This document shows positions 27,681 through 37,845 of a stretch of 60,984 nt of DNA, in pieces; position 1 is the first letter of the stretch; the number at the start of each line of letters is the position of its first letter. Location of the stretch: the NCBI GenBank assembly GCA_030372965.1, contig JAUCQC010000275.1, positions 1 to 60,984 on the forward strand, given 5' to 3'. The notes below the pieces were generated by a model. That model was given only the letters and a program-made list of their open reading frames with translations. It did not search any database and had not been told where the DNA came from. The DNA is from a bacterium. GTDB taxonomy: Bacteria > Zhuqueibacterota > QNDG01 > DTFT01. The position numbers were made by a program, and so were the translations under genes.

Positions 27681-28945
27681 AAAACCGCGTTCTCCTCCTG
27701 ATCTGCGCCGCCTGCCTGCTCCCCGCCTGGACCGGCCCGGCCGCGGCCGGCCAGAAGGAATACCACCTGAAGGTGCAGACCGGCGCGTTCACCGCGATTC
27801 CGGTCGCGATCCCCCCGTTCGAATCCGTCCGCGACGCCGCATGGATCCCGCGGATGCGGGACATCCTGATCGCCGATCTGGACTTCACCGGCCTGATCCG
27901 CGTTCTGCCCGCGCCGTCCGGCGCCGTGCCGCGGGAGGCGGCCGCCTTCATCGAAACCCGCTGTTCCGCGAGGGACGGTGGCGTGGAAATCCGCGCCAGG
28001 CTGAAGGACGCCTCGACGAAATCCGTGATCCTCGAGAGCGCGGTCCGCGTCACCGAAACGGATTTCCGCGTGCGGGCGCACGAATGGGCGGACGCCGTGC
28101 TCCTGCATCTCACCGGCGAGCGTGGAATCGCCTCGACCCGCATCGCCTACATCATCAAGCGCGGCCGCGCCGGCACGGTCACGGTTTCGGACATCGACGG
28201 CGCGGACGTGCGCCGCGTGTCGCCGGACGATTCGCTGAACCTGTCGCCCTCCTGGTCCCCGGACGGAAGACGGCTCTGCTACACCAGTTACGCCTCCGGC
28301 CGGCCCAGGCTGGCGGTGTTCGACCTGGAAGCCGGGCGCGCGGCCCGGTTCGCCGCGGCCGGCGGCATGCAGACCTCGCCGGCCTGGTCTCCGGACGGGA
28401 AATGGATCGCGTTCACGCTCACCACCAACGGGAACTCGGACCTCTTCTGCTCGGACGAAACCGGCGGCGCGCTCCGCAGGCTCACCGACAGCCCGGCCAT
28501 CGACTGCTCGCCCGCCTGGTCTCCGGACGGGCGAGAGATCGCCTTCACCTCGGACCGCGGCGGCTCCCCCCAGATCTACCTGATGGACGCCTCGGGCGGG
28601 AACGTGCGGCGGCTGACCTGGGAGGGCGGTTACAATGATTCGCCCGCGTGGTCGCCGAAAGGGGACCGCATCGCCTACGTGACCCGCGACCGCACCGGTT
28701 TTCAGGTGTGTGTCATCGACGTCAACGGCGAGAACCGGATTCAGCTGACGGACGACCCATACTCGCATGAGGACCCCTGCTGGTCCCCGAACGGCCTGCA
28801 CCTCGCGTTCTCGTCGAACCCGGGGGGACGCTGGGACATTTTCATCATGCGGCAGGACGGGACGGGCCTCTTCCAGGTCACCCGCGGGGGCGGGAATCTG
28901 TCGCCCGCCTGGTCGCCCTTCCCCTCCGGCCCATCAGCGGAATGA
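27677..28945 (+). CDS. tolB: TolB beta-propeller protein
   Basis: 'VAIPPF', 'ADLDFTG' N-domain and repeated PD40 'SPAWSPDG' blades. Confidence 0.9.
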   Translation: MKNRVLLLICAACLLPAWTGPAAAGQKEYHLKVQTGAFTAIPVAIPPFESVRDAAWIPRMRDILIADLDFTGLIRVLPAPSGAVPREAAAFIETRCSARDGGVEIRARLKDASTKSVILESAVRVTETDFRVRAHEWADAVLLHLTGERGIASTRIAYIIKRGRAGTVTVSDIDGADVRRVSPDDSLNLSPSWSPDGRRLCYTSYASGRPRLAVFDLEAGRAARFAAAGGMQTSPAWSPDGKWIAFTLTTNGNSDLFCSDETGGALRRLTDSPAIDCSPAWSPDGREIAFTSDRGGSPQIYLMDASGGNVRRLTWEGGYNDSPAWSPKGDRIAYVTRDRTGFQVCVIDVNGENRIQLTDDPYSHEDPCWSPNGLHLAFSSNPGGRWDIFIMRQDGTGLFQVTRGGGNLSPAWSPFPSGPSAE

Positions 28946-29066
28946 GGGACCCCGCCGCAAGCAGCGGGGTATCACAAGAAACTTGGATGATGGACGCCGC
29001 CCCTCTGCGCGGGACAAAGCGATCATATGTCTTCTGGTTGAAGGCAAGCGGCGGGGAATCAGACCC
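28946..29066. mobile_element. Possible non-autonomous IS200/IS605-type palindromic remnant (PATE/MITE-like)
   Basis: Hairpin ACCCCGC-CGCAAGCA-GCGGGGT (28949-28970) and a partial second copy GCAAGCGGCGGGGAAT (29044-29059). The resemblance to IS200/605 subterminal hairpins is from memory; no transposase is present. Confidence 0.4.
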
Positions 29067-29143
29067 GTCGGAGCGGCCAGAAGCCCAATTTGCGATCAAC
29101 CAGAAATATTGGAACCGGAATGAACAGGCTTCCGTACGCCCGA

Positions 29144-29172
29144 TTGATTCAGAACCCGCGTTTCATTATATT
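29144..29172 (+). promoter_or_regulatory. sigma70-type promoter for cpoB-tamB-tamA
   Basis: TTGATT-17 nt-TATATT just upstream of ATG 29187. Confidence 0.45.
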
Positions 29173-29186
29173 ACCATAATCCGGAG

Positions 29187-29951
29187 ATGACCTTGAAAGA
29201 CCAGATCGGTTTATTCCCGATTCTTCTGCTCGTCGCGTGCCTGGCCGCGGGCTGCGCCTCGCGGAAGGAAATCGTCCGCTTTCAGGAGGACACGGCCGCC
29301 ATCCAGGACCGTCTCGCCGGCCTGCAGAAGGACAACGAGCAAATGCGGGAACAGCTCAGGGAGATCAACCGCTCCATCCAGTCCCTGCGGGAATCGAACG
29401 CCTCGGTGAAGGCCGACCTGATCTCCGAGATGTCGTCCCTCCGAGAGGAAACCGCCTATCTGCGCAATCTGCTCGACGACACCGGGAGCCGGATGTCGCG
29501 GATGATGCAGAATTTCGACCGGCCGGCCGGAGCCGGGGACGCGGCCGCCGCGGAATCCGGGGCCCCGCCGTCTCCGGAGAGCGCCAAGGCGCTGTACGAC
29601 GCGGCCTATCTCGACCTTTCGAGAAAAAACTACGACCTCGCCGCAGGCGAGTTCCGAGAATACATCCGGCTGTATCCGGGGAGCGACTACGCGGGCAACG
29701 CGCAGTACTGGATCGCGGAGATCGCCTACGCGAAAAAGGATTACACGGCCGCGCTCGCCGAGTTCCGGAAAGTCGTCACGGACTACCCGAAGAGCGGCAA
29801 GGTGCGCGCGGCCCATCTCAAGGCGGCCTATTGCCGCATCCATCTCGGCGACACGGCCGGCGCCCGCTCCGACCTGGAGAGAATCGTCCTGCAATTCCCC
29901 GGTACGGAAGAGGCGCGTCTCGCGGCCGGAAGACTGAAGGAAATCCGGTGA
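29187..29951 (+). CDS. cpoB: Tol-Pal system protein CpoB/YbgF (coiled coil + TPR)
   Basis: Lipobox LAAGC, heptad coiled coil, TPR 'LYDAAY...YPGSDYAGNAQYWIAE...YPKSGKV..A.LK'. Confidence 0.88.
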   Translation: MTLKDQIGLFPILLLVACLAAGCASRKEIVRFQEDTAAIQDRLAGLQKDNEQMREQLREINRSIQSLRESNASVKADLISEMSSLREETAYLRNLLDDTGSRMSRMMQNFDRPAGAGDAAAAESGAPPSPESAKALYDAAYLDLSRKNYDLAAGEFREYIRLYPGSDYAGNAQYWIAEIAYAKKDYTAALAEFRKVVTDYPKSGKVRAAHLKAAYCRIHLGDTAGARSDLERIVLQFPGTEEARLAAGRLKEIR

Positions 29952-30024
29952 AAACCCGGCGCCGGACAACCCGCGGAGCCCGGCCATCCGGAAGAACGGG
30001 CCGGACCGCGACCGTCCGCACGCC

Positions 30025-33000
30025 GTGATTTCCAGACCGGTCAGAATCCTCCTGCTTTCCGCCTCCCTGCTGATCGCCGCTTTCACCGCGTATTGTGTGA
30101 TGACGCGCACCGCCTCCGGATGGCTCGAAAAACGCATCGCCTCTGCCGTGGCCGGGACCGCCGGAGCCGACTGTTCGATCGGACGTGTGCGCGTCGGATT
30201 ATTCCTTGGAATCCGAATGGAATCCGTCCGGGTCGCGGAAACAGGATCGGATTCCGGACCGGTGCTCGCGATCTCCCGGGTCCGGATTCATTCTCCCCTG
30301 CCGGAATGGGCGCGGAGAGGCCGCCTGTTTCTCTCCATTCAGGCCGACACGATCTCCATCGACGCCCGCCGGTTCGGCCGTCTGGGAGGCAAAGGAAACC
30401 ATGGGGAATCCGGGCCGTCCCTGCCGGCCGCCGGCGGCCGACTCCCGTGGAGGGGAGAGATCCGTTCCCGTCTGATAACCGTTCATCAGGGCAGGCCTGA
30501 TTCTGCCGTGGCCTCGATTGGCGGAATGGTTCTGGCCGTGGCCAGGCCCGCTCAGAGTGCCTCCGTCTCTTTTCTGGCCTCCGCGGATTCGGTCCGGTCC
30601 TTTTTGGAAGATGCGACCGTCGATTTTTACGGGCCGGCCCTGGCCGGGGTTCTCGATTCCGCGGCAATCACGATACGGTCCTTCGAATCGGGCATTCCCG
30701 GCGGCCGCGTGACCGGAGACGGCCGGATCGAGCCTCATGGCCGTGACTGGCGCATCCGGGGCGGCCTCGAGTTCCGTACGGCCGTCGAATCCTGGCCGGC
30801 CCGGGTGTTTGAAAGATCGGGTACGCCGGTTCCAGCCTCCGGCAACGTGCAGGGCCGTCTGAACGCGGATGGCCCACTGAAACGACCTTCCGTGACCTGG
30901 GACGTGGATGTCCGGGACCTCGTTTTTCAGACCGCGACGATACGGAAGGCGCGGAGCTCAGGCGCCTGGGCCGGAGAAACCGTCGCTCTGCGCGCATTTT
31001 CCATGACCGTCGGCGACGGGTCCATTTCAGGATCCGGTTCCTGGACTTTCCACGGCACCCGGCGGGCCCGGCTCTCCGCCTCCTTCAGCCGGTTGGACAT
31101 CCCGTCTCTCTCAGGATGGATCCTGCCTTCGGACGTTCCGGTCCGGGGCGCGCTTTCAGGCGATATCCGGATCGACGCGTTCCCCGATGACCCCGGCCGG
31201 TTCTCCGCGGCGTCGAAGGTCGCGGCCGAAGACCTGAAAATCAAAGGCAAACCGCTCGATCCCGTGCGGCTCGATCTGAACATCGAAAACGGCGGGGCGG
31301 ATGTCCGGATAACGGGCAGCGGCCTCACCGCAGAAATTGAAGGCGACTGGCCGCCCGGTTCCGCCGGATCCTCCGGATTTTCAGGCGGCGCGTTCTCCGT
31401 CCGGCTGGATGATCCTTTCCGCGGTGTTTTTCTGCCGGAAGGATGGCACGCCGCGGGGCCCACCGGTGCCACGGGTCATTACCGGGTTCACGGGGGAACC
31501 GCTGAAGCGGACGCCGATCTCTTTCTCTCCGGCATCCGGACGGCCGACTGGGCCCTCGACTCCCTGGCCGGCCCCTTTGCCGTCCGCCTGGATCTGCAAA
31601 GACGGTCTGTGTCAATGCAGGGCGGTGACATACTCTGCGCGGCCCGGGCCTTCCGGCCGGAGGACACGCTGGGGATCGACGGGCGCATCCGCCTGTCCGC
31701 GTCCTTGAATCCGGAAAACGGCCATCCCTCGGGGGCGCTGGCGATGACGGTACGCCCGCTTTCCATCGAAGGGGTGACCGTCGATTCCGCGGCTCTGGAA
31801 GCGGAGCTGGAAGGCCTGGATCTCCGGATCCGCCGCTTGTCCTTCACGCAGGAATCGAATTCGGTTCTGCTGGCCGGATCGATCCCGGTCAGCCGGGACC
31901 CGAACGGTTCATGGAAACCGGACGGAGCCAGGCCCTTTGACCTGCGCCTTTCCGGAGAGGACATCCGCCTGGATGTGTTGCGGCCTTTCCTGGCGGGATC
32001 CGGGTCGATCGGCGGCCGGTCGACTTTCGACCTGCGGATGACGGGCACACCCGGCCATTCCAGCATCGACGGACATTGGAGCGTGTCCGGCGGTTCGATG
32101 CGACAAACCGGGATGCCGGACATCGATTCGGTTTCCTGGAACGCGGCGTTCCTGGATTCCACCATACGCATCGAAAGCCTGTCCGGCCGCGTCAGAGGCC
32201 TCCCCCTGATGATCGCATCGGACATCGGGTACAGGCTCGGGGAAGATTACCGCGTTCAGGGAACGGCCCTTTTTCTGCGTCCGGCCGGAATACGCGCCGG
32301 TTTTTTTCTCGCGGCCGATTCCATGCATGGTTCCCTGACCGTGGATTCGCTCCGGCTGGCGCTTCTGGATTCCCTGCTCCCCGGATCCTTCCCTCTGAAG
32401 AACATGAGCGGGGTCGTCCGGGCCGATCTGGCCGTGTCCGGCCGCCCGGGTTCTCCGCTGTTGACGGGCCTTCTGCACGGCGACCGCGTGAATTTCTCAG
32501 CGGCCGGGATGGATCTGGGTTCCGGGAACGGCCGGTTCGATCTCTCTTTCGACAGGGAAAGCATTTCAATCGACACCCTGTCCCTTCCCGTGCTGGGCGG
32601 ATTCCTGGACGTCCGGGGCGGTCTCAGCCATGAGAACGGCAGGATCCGGTCCTGGGATTTGGACGCGGACATCCGGAACGTCCGTGTCCGGGAGCCCGGC
32701 CGATGGACGATCTCCCTGGACAGGAGCCGGCTGAAACTGTTCCGCGACGGAGACTCGAACCGGCTGACGGGCGAGGTCGTTCTGGGCGAGAGCCGTTACC
32801 TGCAGAACATGAAAGCGACCGACTTCCTGTCCCTGACCCGCCCCCCGGCCCGGTCCTCCCCCCGGCTTCCGGATGAGTTGGCGGACATGGAGCTGAACAT
32901 CCGCGTCACCGGCGGCCGGGACGTCTGGATCGACAACAACCTCGCACGGGTCCGATTCCAGCCGGAAATGGCGGTGTCCGGCCGCGTCACGGCCCCGGAG

Positions 33001-33663
33001 CTCACCGGCCGCCTGACCACGCTCGAGGGGACGGTGCAGTATCTGGATCACGGTTTCACGGTGAAGAAAGGCATCGCGGATTTCACCGTTCCCGGCAGGG
33101 TCAACCCCATTCTGGACATCGAAGCAGAAACCCGGCTGAAGAATTATCAGACGTATTCGGGCAAACCCTACACCGTGTCCCTGACGCTTCAGGGCCCGAT
33201 GGACCAGGCGGCTTTCAATCTCGCCTCCGTGCCCCAGGCGTCCAGGACGGACATCCTGTCCCTTCTCACGTTCGGGGCCACCCGGGACGAACTCAACCGG
33301 ACCCTTCCCGCGTCCGATCGGAACGGGGGCATGTCCGATATTCTCATCGACAGGGCCAAATCGCTCTCCAGCCGGCGCGTCGCCTCCACGGCTGAAAATT
33401 ACATGGGCACCCTCTTCCGGCTCGATTCCATGTCCATCGAGGGGAACCTGTTCAGGTTCGACAGGGAGTGGGGCCCGCGCCTCCAGGCCTCGAAACGGGT
33501 GTCCCGGAACGTCGCCCTTAATTATTCCACGACCGTCGGGCACATGAACGAGGAATCCGTGCGCCTGAATGTGCGCATCGACCGCCGTTTTTCGCTTGAA
33601 GGCCAGGTCGACCGCATCGGCCGCTCGGGGATCGATCTGAAATACAAGGTCCGGTTCAAATGA
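30025..33663 (+). CDS. tamB: TamB/DUF490 (AsmA-like) translocation and assembly module protein
   Basis: N-terminal TM, long beta-strand repeats, C-terminal DUF490 'G.LTTLEGTVQYLDH.FTV.KG..DF...NPILDIEA', 'L.S.P...DILSLLTFG'. Confidence 0.85.
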   Translation: MISRPVRILLLSASLLIAAFTAYCVMTRTASGWLEKRIASAVAGTAGADCSIGRVRVGLFLGIRMESVRVAETGSDSGPVLAISRVRIHSPLPEWARRGRLFLSIQADTISIDARRFGRLGGKGNHGESGPSLPAAGGRLPWRGEIRSRLITVHQGRPDSAVASIGGMVLAVARPAQSASVSFLASADSVRSFLEDATVDFYGPALAGVLDSAAITIRSFESGIPGGRVTGDGRIEPHGRDWRIRGGLEFRTAVESWPARVFERSGTPVPASGNVQGRLNADGPLKRPSVTWDVDVRDLVFQTATIRKARSSGAWAGETVALRAFSMTVGDGSISGSGSWTFHGTRRARLSASFSRLDIPSLSGWILPSDVPVRGALSGDIRIDAFPDDPGRFSAASKVAAEDLKIKGKPLDPVRLDLNIENGGADVRITGSGLTAEIEGDWPPGSAGSSGFSGGAFSVRLDDPFRGVFLPEGWHAAGPTGATGHYRVHGGTAEADADLFLSGIRTADWALDSLAGPFAVRLDLQRRSVSMQGGDILCAARAFRPEDTLGIDGRIRLSASLNPENGHPSGALAMTVRPLSIEGVTVDSAALEAELEGLDLRIRRLSFTQESNSVLLAGSIPVSRDPNGSWKPDGARPFDLRLSGEDIRLDVLRPFLAGSGSIGGRSTFDLRMTGTPGHSSIDGHWSVSGGSMRQTGMPDIDSVSWNAAFLDSTIRIESLSGRVRGLPLMIASDIGYRLGEDYRVQGTALFLRPAGIRAGFFLAADSMHGSLTVDSLRLALLDSLLPGSFPLKNMSGVVRADLAVSGRPGSPLLTGLLHGDRVNFSAAGMDLGSGNGRFDLSFDRESISIDTLSLPVLGGFLDVRGGLSHENGRIRSWDLDADIRNVRVREPGRWTISLDRSRLKLFRDGDSNRLTGEVVLGESRYLQNMKATDFLSLTRPPARSSPRLPDELADMELNIRVTGGRDVWIDNNLARVRFQPEMAVSGRVTAPELTGRLTTLEGTVQYLDHGFTVKKGIADFTVPGRVNPILDIEAETRLKNYQTYSGKPYTVSLTLQGPMDQAAFNLASVPQASRTDILSLLTFGATRDELNRTLPASDRNGGMSDILIDRAKSLSSRRVASTAENYMGTLFRLDSMSIEGNLFRFDREWGPRLQASKRVSRNVALNYSTTVGHMNEESVRLNVRIDRRFSLEGQVDRIGRSGIDLKYKVRFK

Positions 33664-35495
33664 CGGCCCCGCTGTTCCGGAGTGTTTCACGAATGGGGCC
33701 GGCCCGCGCTCTTTTTTTCGCCGTGTGCGTCTGGATGCCGATCCGGCTGTCCGCTTCCCCGGACGCGCTCCCGGACACGCCCCGCGGGTATTCGGTGGCG
33801 GCTCTCGAGATCACCGGCGCCGGGGCTGTTCCGGAGTCGAAACTCAGAAAGTGCATGATCACCCGGCCCTCCTCCCGTTTTAAAAAGGCCCCGTACGTCT
33901 CCCGGATACTCGAGAGCGACCTCCGGAGCCTGCTGGACTGCTACCGCGACCACGGGTACTGGGAGGCCGCGGTCGTAGCGACAGACGTCACGATCGACAC
34001 CCTGAAGAAGAGCGTCCGCATCGCGATCCGGGTTTCGGAGGGACGTCCTTCGCGCGTCGCCATGATCGCGCTCGCCGGAAACGCGGCATTCCCCAACTCC
34101 CAGATCATCTCGTGGCTCCCGATCGCGCGGGGCGGTTTGCTGAAACGGCACCTGCTCGACGAGTCGCGCGCCGCGGTCCTCCGGAACCTTTCGGACCGCG
34201 GCTACATCGACGGGAACGCGGACATCGAGTTCCAGATCAACGCTGAAACGGCTGAAGCCTTCGTGCGCGTCCGCATCGAAGAGAATCTTCCGGCCCTTGT
34301 GGGCGCCGTCCGGCTTTCCCCCCTCCGGAAAACCCGTCCTTCCGTGGTGCTCCGCGAACTGACCTTTCATAAGCGCGATACGGTGCGCTTCGGCCGACTC
34401 CTGGAATCGCAGAGAAAACTGTACCTGACCGGCCTGTTTGAAAGCGTTTTCGTCCGGCCGTCCGACACGCTCTCATCGCGCGGACCGGAAAGGGACATCC
34501 TCCTGGAATTGAAGGAGAAGAAATCCGGTGAGTTCAACGTGTCCGTCGGGTACGGATACTGGGAAAAAGTCAGGGGCGGCATTGAACTGTTGAACACCAA
34601 TGCGGCGGGAACCGCGAGAAAGGTGGGCGTCTCCCTGAAGGGCAGCTTCAAGTATTGGGGTTCAGAGTTCTCGTTTTCCGAACCCTGGACATTCGGGCGG
34701 CCCTTCCGCACCGACCTGATCGTCCGGGCCGACCGGACGGAGGAGCCCGGGTACGGCGTCGAACGCTTCGGCGGCCGCGTGACCCTGGGAAAGCAATGGC
34801 CGGCCGGAATCCGGCTGTCCGGACAGTACATCAACGAAGCCACCCGGCTGGTCCGCGTCCGCCTCGATCCCGTTCCCGTCAACCTGACCAGCTACATCCA
34901 CAGCATCGGGTTGACCGTCGGCCGCGACACCCGCGACAATCCCTTCAACCCGGGCCGGGGCTCCACTGTCGAACTCCGGAACGAACTCGCGGGCGGGTTG
35001 TCGAAGCGGTCGGCTTCCTTCAGCCGGTCGAACCTGATCGCGAGAGTCTACATCCCGGCGGCCGGCCGCGCGGTGCTCGCTTCCGCCGTGGAAGTCGGAT
35101 GGATCCGGGCGTTTCGCTCGGGGCGGGAACTCCCGTTGAACGAGCGGTTCTACGCCGGAGACGCGTCCGCTCTCCGCGGTTTTCCGTACAGGACCGCCGG
35201 CCCCCTGGACGCCAAGCGCGTCCCCCTGGGCGGAAGGTTCAAGTTCGTCTGGAATGCGGCCGAGTGCCGCGTGCCGGTGTATAAAATGATGTCCGCCGCG
35301 TTTTTCTGGGATGTCGGCAATGTCTGGACTGATCCGGCCTCCGCGAGCCTCGCGGGCCTGCGGCACACGGCCGGCTTCGGCGCCAGAGCGGCGACGCCCG
35401 TGGGCGTTCTGAGGCTGGACCTCGGCTTCATTCTGGACCGCAGGGCCCGCGAACCGGGCATGCAGGTGATATTCAACATGGGGCAGGCGTTCTGA
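33660..35495 (+). CDS. tamA: Omp85/TamA-like outer membrane protein (POTRA domains + barrel)
   Basis: About three POTRA repeats, 'LNERFYAGD..LRGF', 'TPVGVLRLDLG', terminal Phe; 611 aa; ATGA-coupled to tamB. Confidence 0.75.
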   Translation: MTAPLFRSVSRMGPARALFFAVCVWMPIRLSASPDALPDTPRGYSVAALEITGAGAVPESKLRKCMITRPSSRFKKAPYVSRILESDLRSLLDCYRDHGYWEAAVVATDVTIDTLKKSVRIAIRVSEGRPSRVAMIALAGNAAFPNSQIISWLPIARGGLLKRHLLDESRAAVLRNLSDRGYIDGNADIEFQINAETAEAFVRVRIEENLPALVGAVRLSPLRKTRPSVVLRELTFHKRDTVRFGRLLESQRKLYLTGLFESVFVRPSDTLSSRGPERDILLELKEKKSGEFNVSVGYGYWEKVRGGIELLNTNAAGTARKVGVSLKGSFKYWGSEFSFSEPWTFGRPFRTDLIVRADRTEEPGYGVERFGGRVTLGKQWPAGIRLSGQYINEATRLVRVRLDPVPVNLTSYIHSIGLTVGRDTRDNPFNPGRGSTVELRNELAGGLSKRSASFSRSNLIARVYIPAAGRAVLASAVEVGWIRAFRSGRELPLNERFYAGDASALRGFPYRTAGPLDAKRVPLGGRFKFVWNAAECRVPVYKMMSAAFFWDVGNVWTDPASASLAGLRHTAGFGARAATPVGVLRLDLGFILDRRAREPGMQVIFNMGQAF

Positions 35496-35511
35496 GAGGC
35501 GGGGTTTATTC

Positions 35512-35955
35512 TTACACTGCTCCTTGATCCGACAGATTCTCCGGCATCCCTTCCACGAAAGCCCTGATTTCGTCCCTCACCCGCATGTAATGGCCCAGCG
35601 CCTCCGCTTCCGTGGCCGCTGATTTCGCGAGCCTGGGCGGGTCATCGAAGCCTTTGTGTATTCGAACGGTTTTTCCGGGAAAGAACGGGCATGATTCATT
35701 CGCCGCGTCGCACACGGTGATCACGTAATCGAACATTTGATCCTTCAGTTCGTTCAGATGCTTGGACCTGTGGCCGGATATGTCAACGCCCGCCTCCGCC
35801 ATAACCTTGACAGCGAGCGGGTTCAAACCGTGCGTTTCGATGCCCGCCGAGTAGGGCTCTATTTGATCGCCCTTCAGATGCCTCGCCCACCCCTCGGCCA
35901 TCTGGCTCCTGCAGGAGTTGCCCGTGCAGAGAAAGAGGATTTTCTTCTTATCCAT
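35512..35955 (-). CDS. arsC: Thioredoxin-coupled arsenate reductase (LMW-PTP fold)
   Basis: CTGNSCR P-loop plus 'TVCDAANESCP' resolving cysteines; adjacent to acr3. Confidence 0.9.
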   Translation of the reverse strand: MDKKKILFLCTGNSCRSQMAEGWARHLKGDQIEPYSAGIETHGLNPLAVKVMAEAGVDISGHRSKHLNELKDQMFDYVITVCDAANESCPFFPGKTVRIHKGFDDPPRLAKSAATEAEALGHYMRVRDEIRAFVEGMPENLSDQGAV

Positions 35956-36018
35956 GTGGCCCTCATTGCCGTGGATTGAATCCCAGCCAATCGCGGACGA
36001 TCCCGCCGCCCCGAACCT

Positions 36019-37062
36019 TCATCCCGTAAATTTCTTTTTCAACCGCAATGCCATATTGACCAGCATGATCAGAACAGGCACCTCGAGAAGCGGGCCGATC
36101 ACGGTGGCGAACGCCTGCATGGATTGGATGCCGAAAATGGCCACAGCCACGGCAATGGCCAGTTCGAAGTCGTTGCTCGCGGCCGTGAACGAAACCGCCG
36201 TGGTTTCCCCGTAATTGGCGCCGGTTTTCTTCGCGATGACGAACGTCGCGAACCACATCAGAATGAAATAGATCAGGAGCGGAACCGCCACCAAGACGAC
36301 ATCCATCGGTTTTTGAAGAATGAGGTCCCCTTTCAGCGAAAACATCACCACGATGGTGAAAAGCAGGGCGATCAGGGTCAGGGGACTGATGGCCGGTGAG
36401 AAGACACGGGTGTACCAGTCTTCTCCCCTGCTCCGGATCAGGACCGTTCGCGTCACCAGGCCCGCCAGGAACGGTATTCCCAGATACACCAAAACGGTTT
36501 CCCCCGCCTCAAAAATGGAAATCCTCACGTCCAAACCGGGCGCCAGATTGAACCAGTTGAGAAAGAGTGTAATGAACACGTAGATGTAGACCGCGTACAA
36601 CAGAACCTGGAATATGGCGTTGAACGCAACCAGGCCGACGGCCAGCTCCCGGTCGCCTCCGGCCAGATCGTTCCACACGAGAACCATGGCGATGCACCTC
36701 GCCAGGCCCACCAATATGACGCCGATCATGTAGTCCGGATGGTGGCGCAGAAACAGAACCGCGAGGCCGAACATGAGCAGTGGGCCGATCACCCAGTTCT
36801 GAATCAGGGAGAGCGTCAGCAGTTTTCTGTTCCGAAACACCTTGCCCAATTTGCCGTAATTCACCTTGGCCAGAGGCGGGTACATCATGAGAATCAGGCC
36901 GACTGCGATCGGAATGGATGTGGCGCCGATCTGGAGGCGGGTGATGAACCCCGTCACGGATGGGGCAATTGCCCCGAGCAGGATCCCGAATCCCATGGCC
37001 AGAAAGATCCATAACGTCAGGTAACGATCAAGCCAGGAGAGGCTTTTCGTCGCTTGGTTCAT
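36019..37062 (-). CDS. acr3: Arsenite efflux transporter Acr3
   Basis: '[12 protein letters not shown]', 'MMYPPLAKV', 'GLARCIAMV', '[12 protein letters not shown]', '[10 protein letters not shown]'. Start MNQATK. Confidence 0.95.
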   Translation of the reverse strand: MNQATKSLSWLDRYLTLWIFLAMGFGILLGAIAPSVTGFITRLQIGATSIPIAVGLILMMYPPLAKVNYGKLGKVFRNRKLLTLSLIQNWVIGPLLMFGLAVLFLRHHPDYMIGVILVGLARCIAMVLVWNDLAGGDRELAVGLVAFNAIFQVLLYAVYIYVFITLFLNWFNLAPGLDVRISIFEAGETVLVYLGIPFLAGLVTRTVLIRSRGEDWYTRVFSPAISPLTLIALLFTIVVMFSLKGDLILQKPMDVVLVAVPLLIYFILMWFATFVIAKKTGANYGETTAVSFTAASNDFELAIAVAVAIFGIQSMQAFATVIGPLLEVPVLIMLVNMALRLKKKFTG

Positions 37063-37143
37063 GGTCGTCTCCTCCGGATGCGCACCGGTCGCGCCCGATG
37101 CCAATCCGTTCGATGCATCGCTTTTCGGACGGTTTTCTGCCGA

Positions 37144-37845
37144 TCAGAACGTTGTCCAGATCAGATAGACGCCGCCCAGAATCACCAGAACCCCGCAAAT
37201 CCGCTTGAGGATCATCGGACCCTTCGAGCGTTCGTTCCAGTGCAGGTATTTCTGCACCATGCTGGTGAACGTGCCTGCCAGAACGATCACCGAACAGTGC
37301 CCGACTGCGTAGAGCAGAATCAGGGAAACGGCAAAGGGCAGGTTCGCGGAAGCGGTCTGAAACGCGATCCCCAGCATGGGCGCCATGTAGGCGAACGTGC
37401 AGGGCCCCAAAGCCACCCCGAACAGCAGACCGATCACGAAAGCGGCCAGGGCGCCCTTCCGTCTCAGCTTCGGCTGTCCGGAGACGCCCAGAAACGGAAT
37501 ATGGATGAGGTCCAGCAGGTGCAGGCCGATGACGAAGAAAATGACGGCCACGAAATAATTGCCGGCTTTTCCGACATCGCCCATGATGCGTCCCATCAGG
37601 CCCGTGATCAGTCCGATGACCCCGATGGTGATCAGGATGCCGGCCGAAAACAGTCCGGCCAGGACAAAGGCGCGTTTCTTTGTGACGATTCCCTGGCCGC
37701 CGATGAATCCGACGATCAGTGGGATGGAGGACAGATGGCACGGGCTGAGCAGGATGCTCAGAATACCCCAGATGAAGGAGGCGGTCAAAGCCAGCCAGGC
37801 CGAGCCGGTCAGGCTTCGAGTGAGCCAGACAAACAGGTTTTCCAT
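37144..37845 (-). CDS. ccdA: CcdA/DsbD-type transmembrane electron transporter
   Basis: 'GILSILLSPCHLSSIPL' and 'GPCTFAYMAP' conserved Cys pair. Confidence 0.85.
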   Translation of the reverse strand: MENLFVWLTRSLTGSAWLALTASFIWGILSILLSPCHLSSIPLIVGFIGGQGIVTKKRAFVLAGLFSAGILITIGVIGLITGLMGRIMGDVGKAGNYFVAVIFFVIGLHLLDLIHIPFLGVSGQPKLRRKGALAAFVIGLLFGVALGPCTFAYMAPMLGIAFQTASANLPFAVSLILLYAVGHCSVIVLAGTFTSMVQKYLHWNERSKGPMILKRICGVLVILGGVYLIWTTF

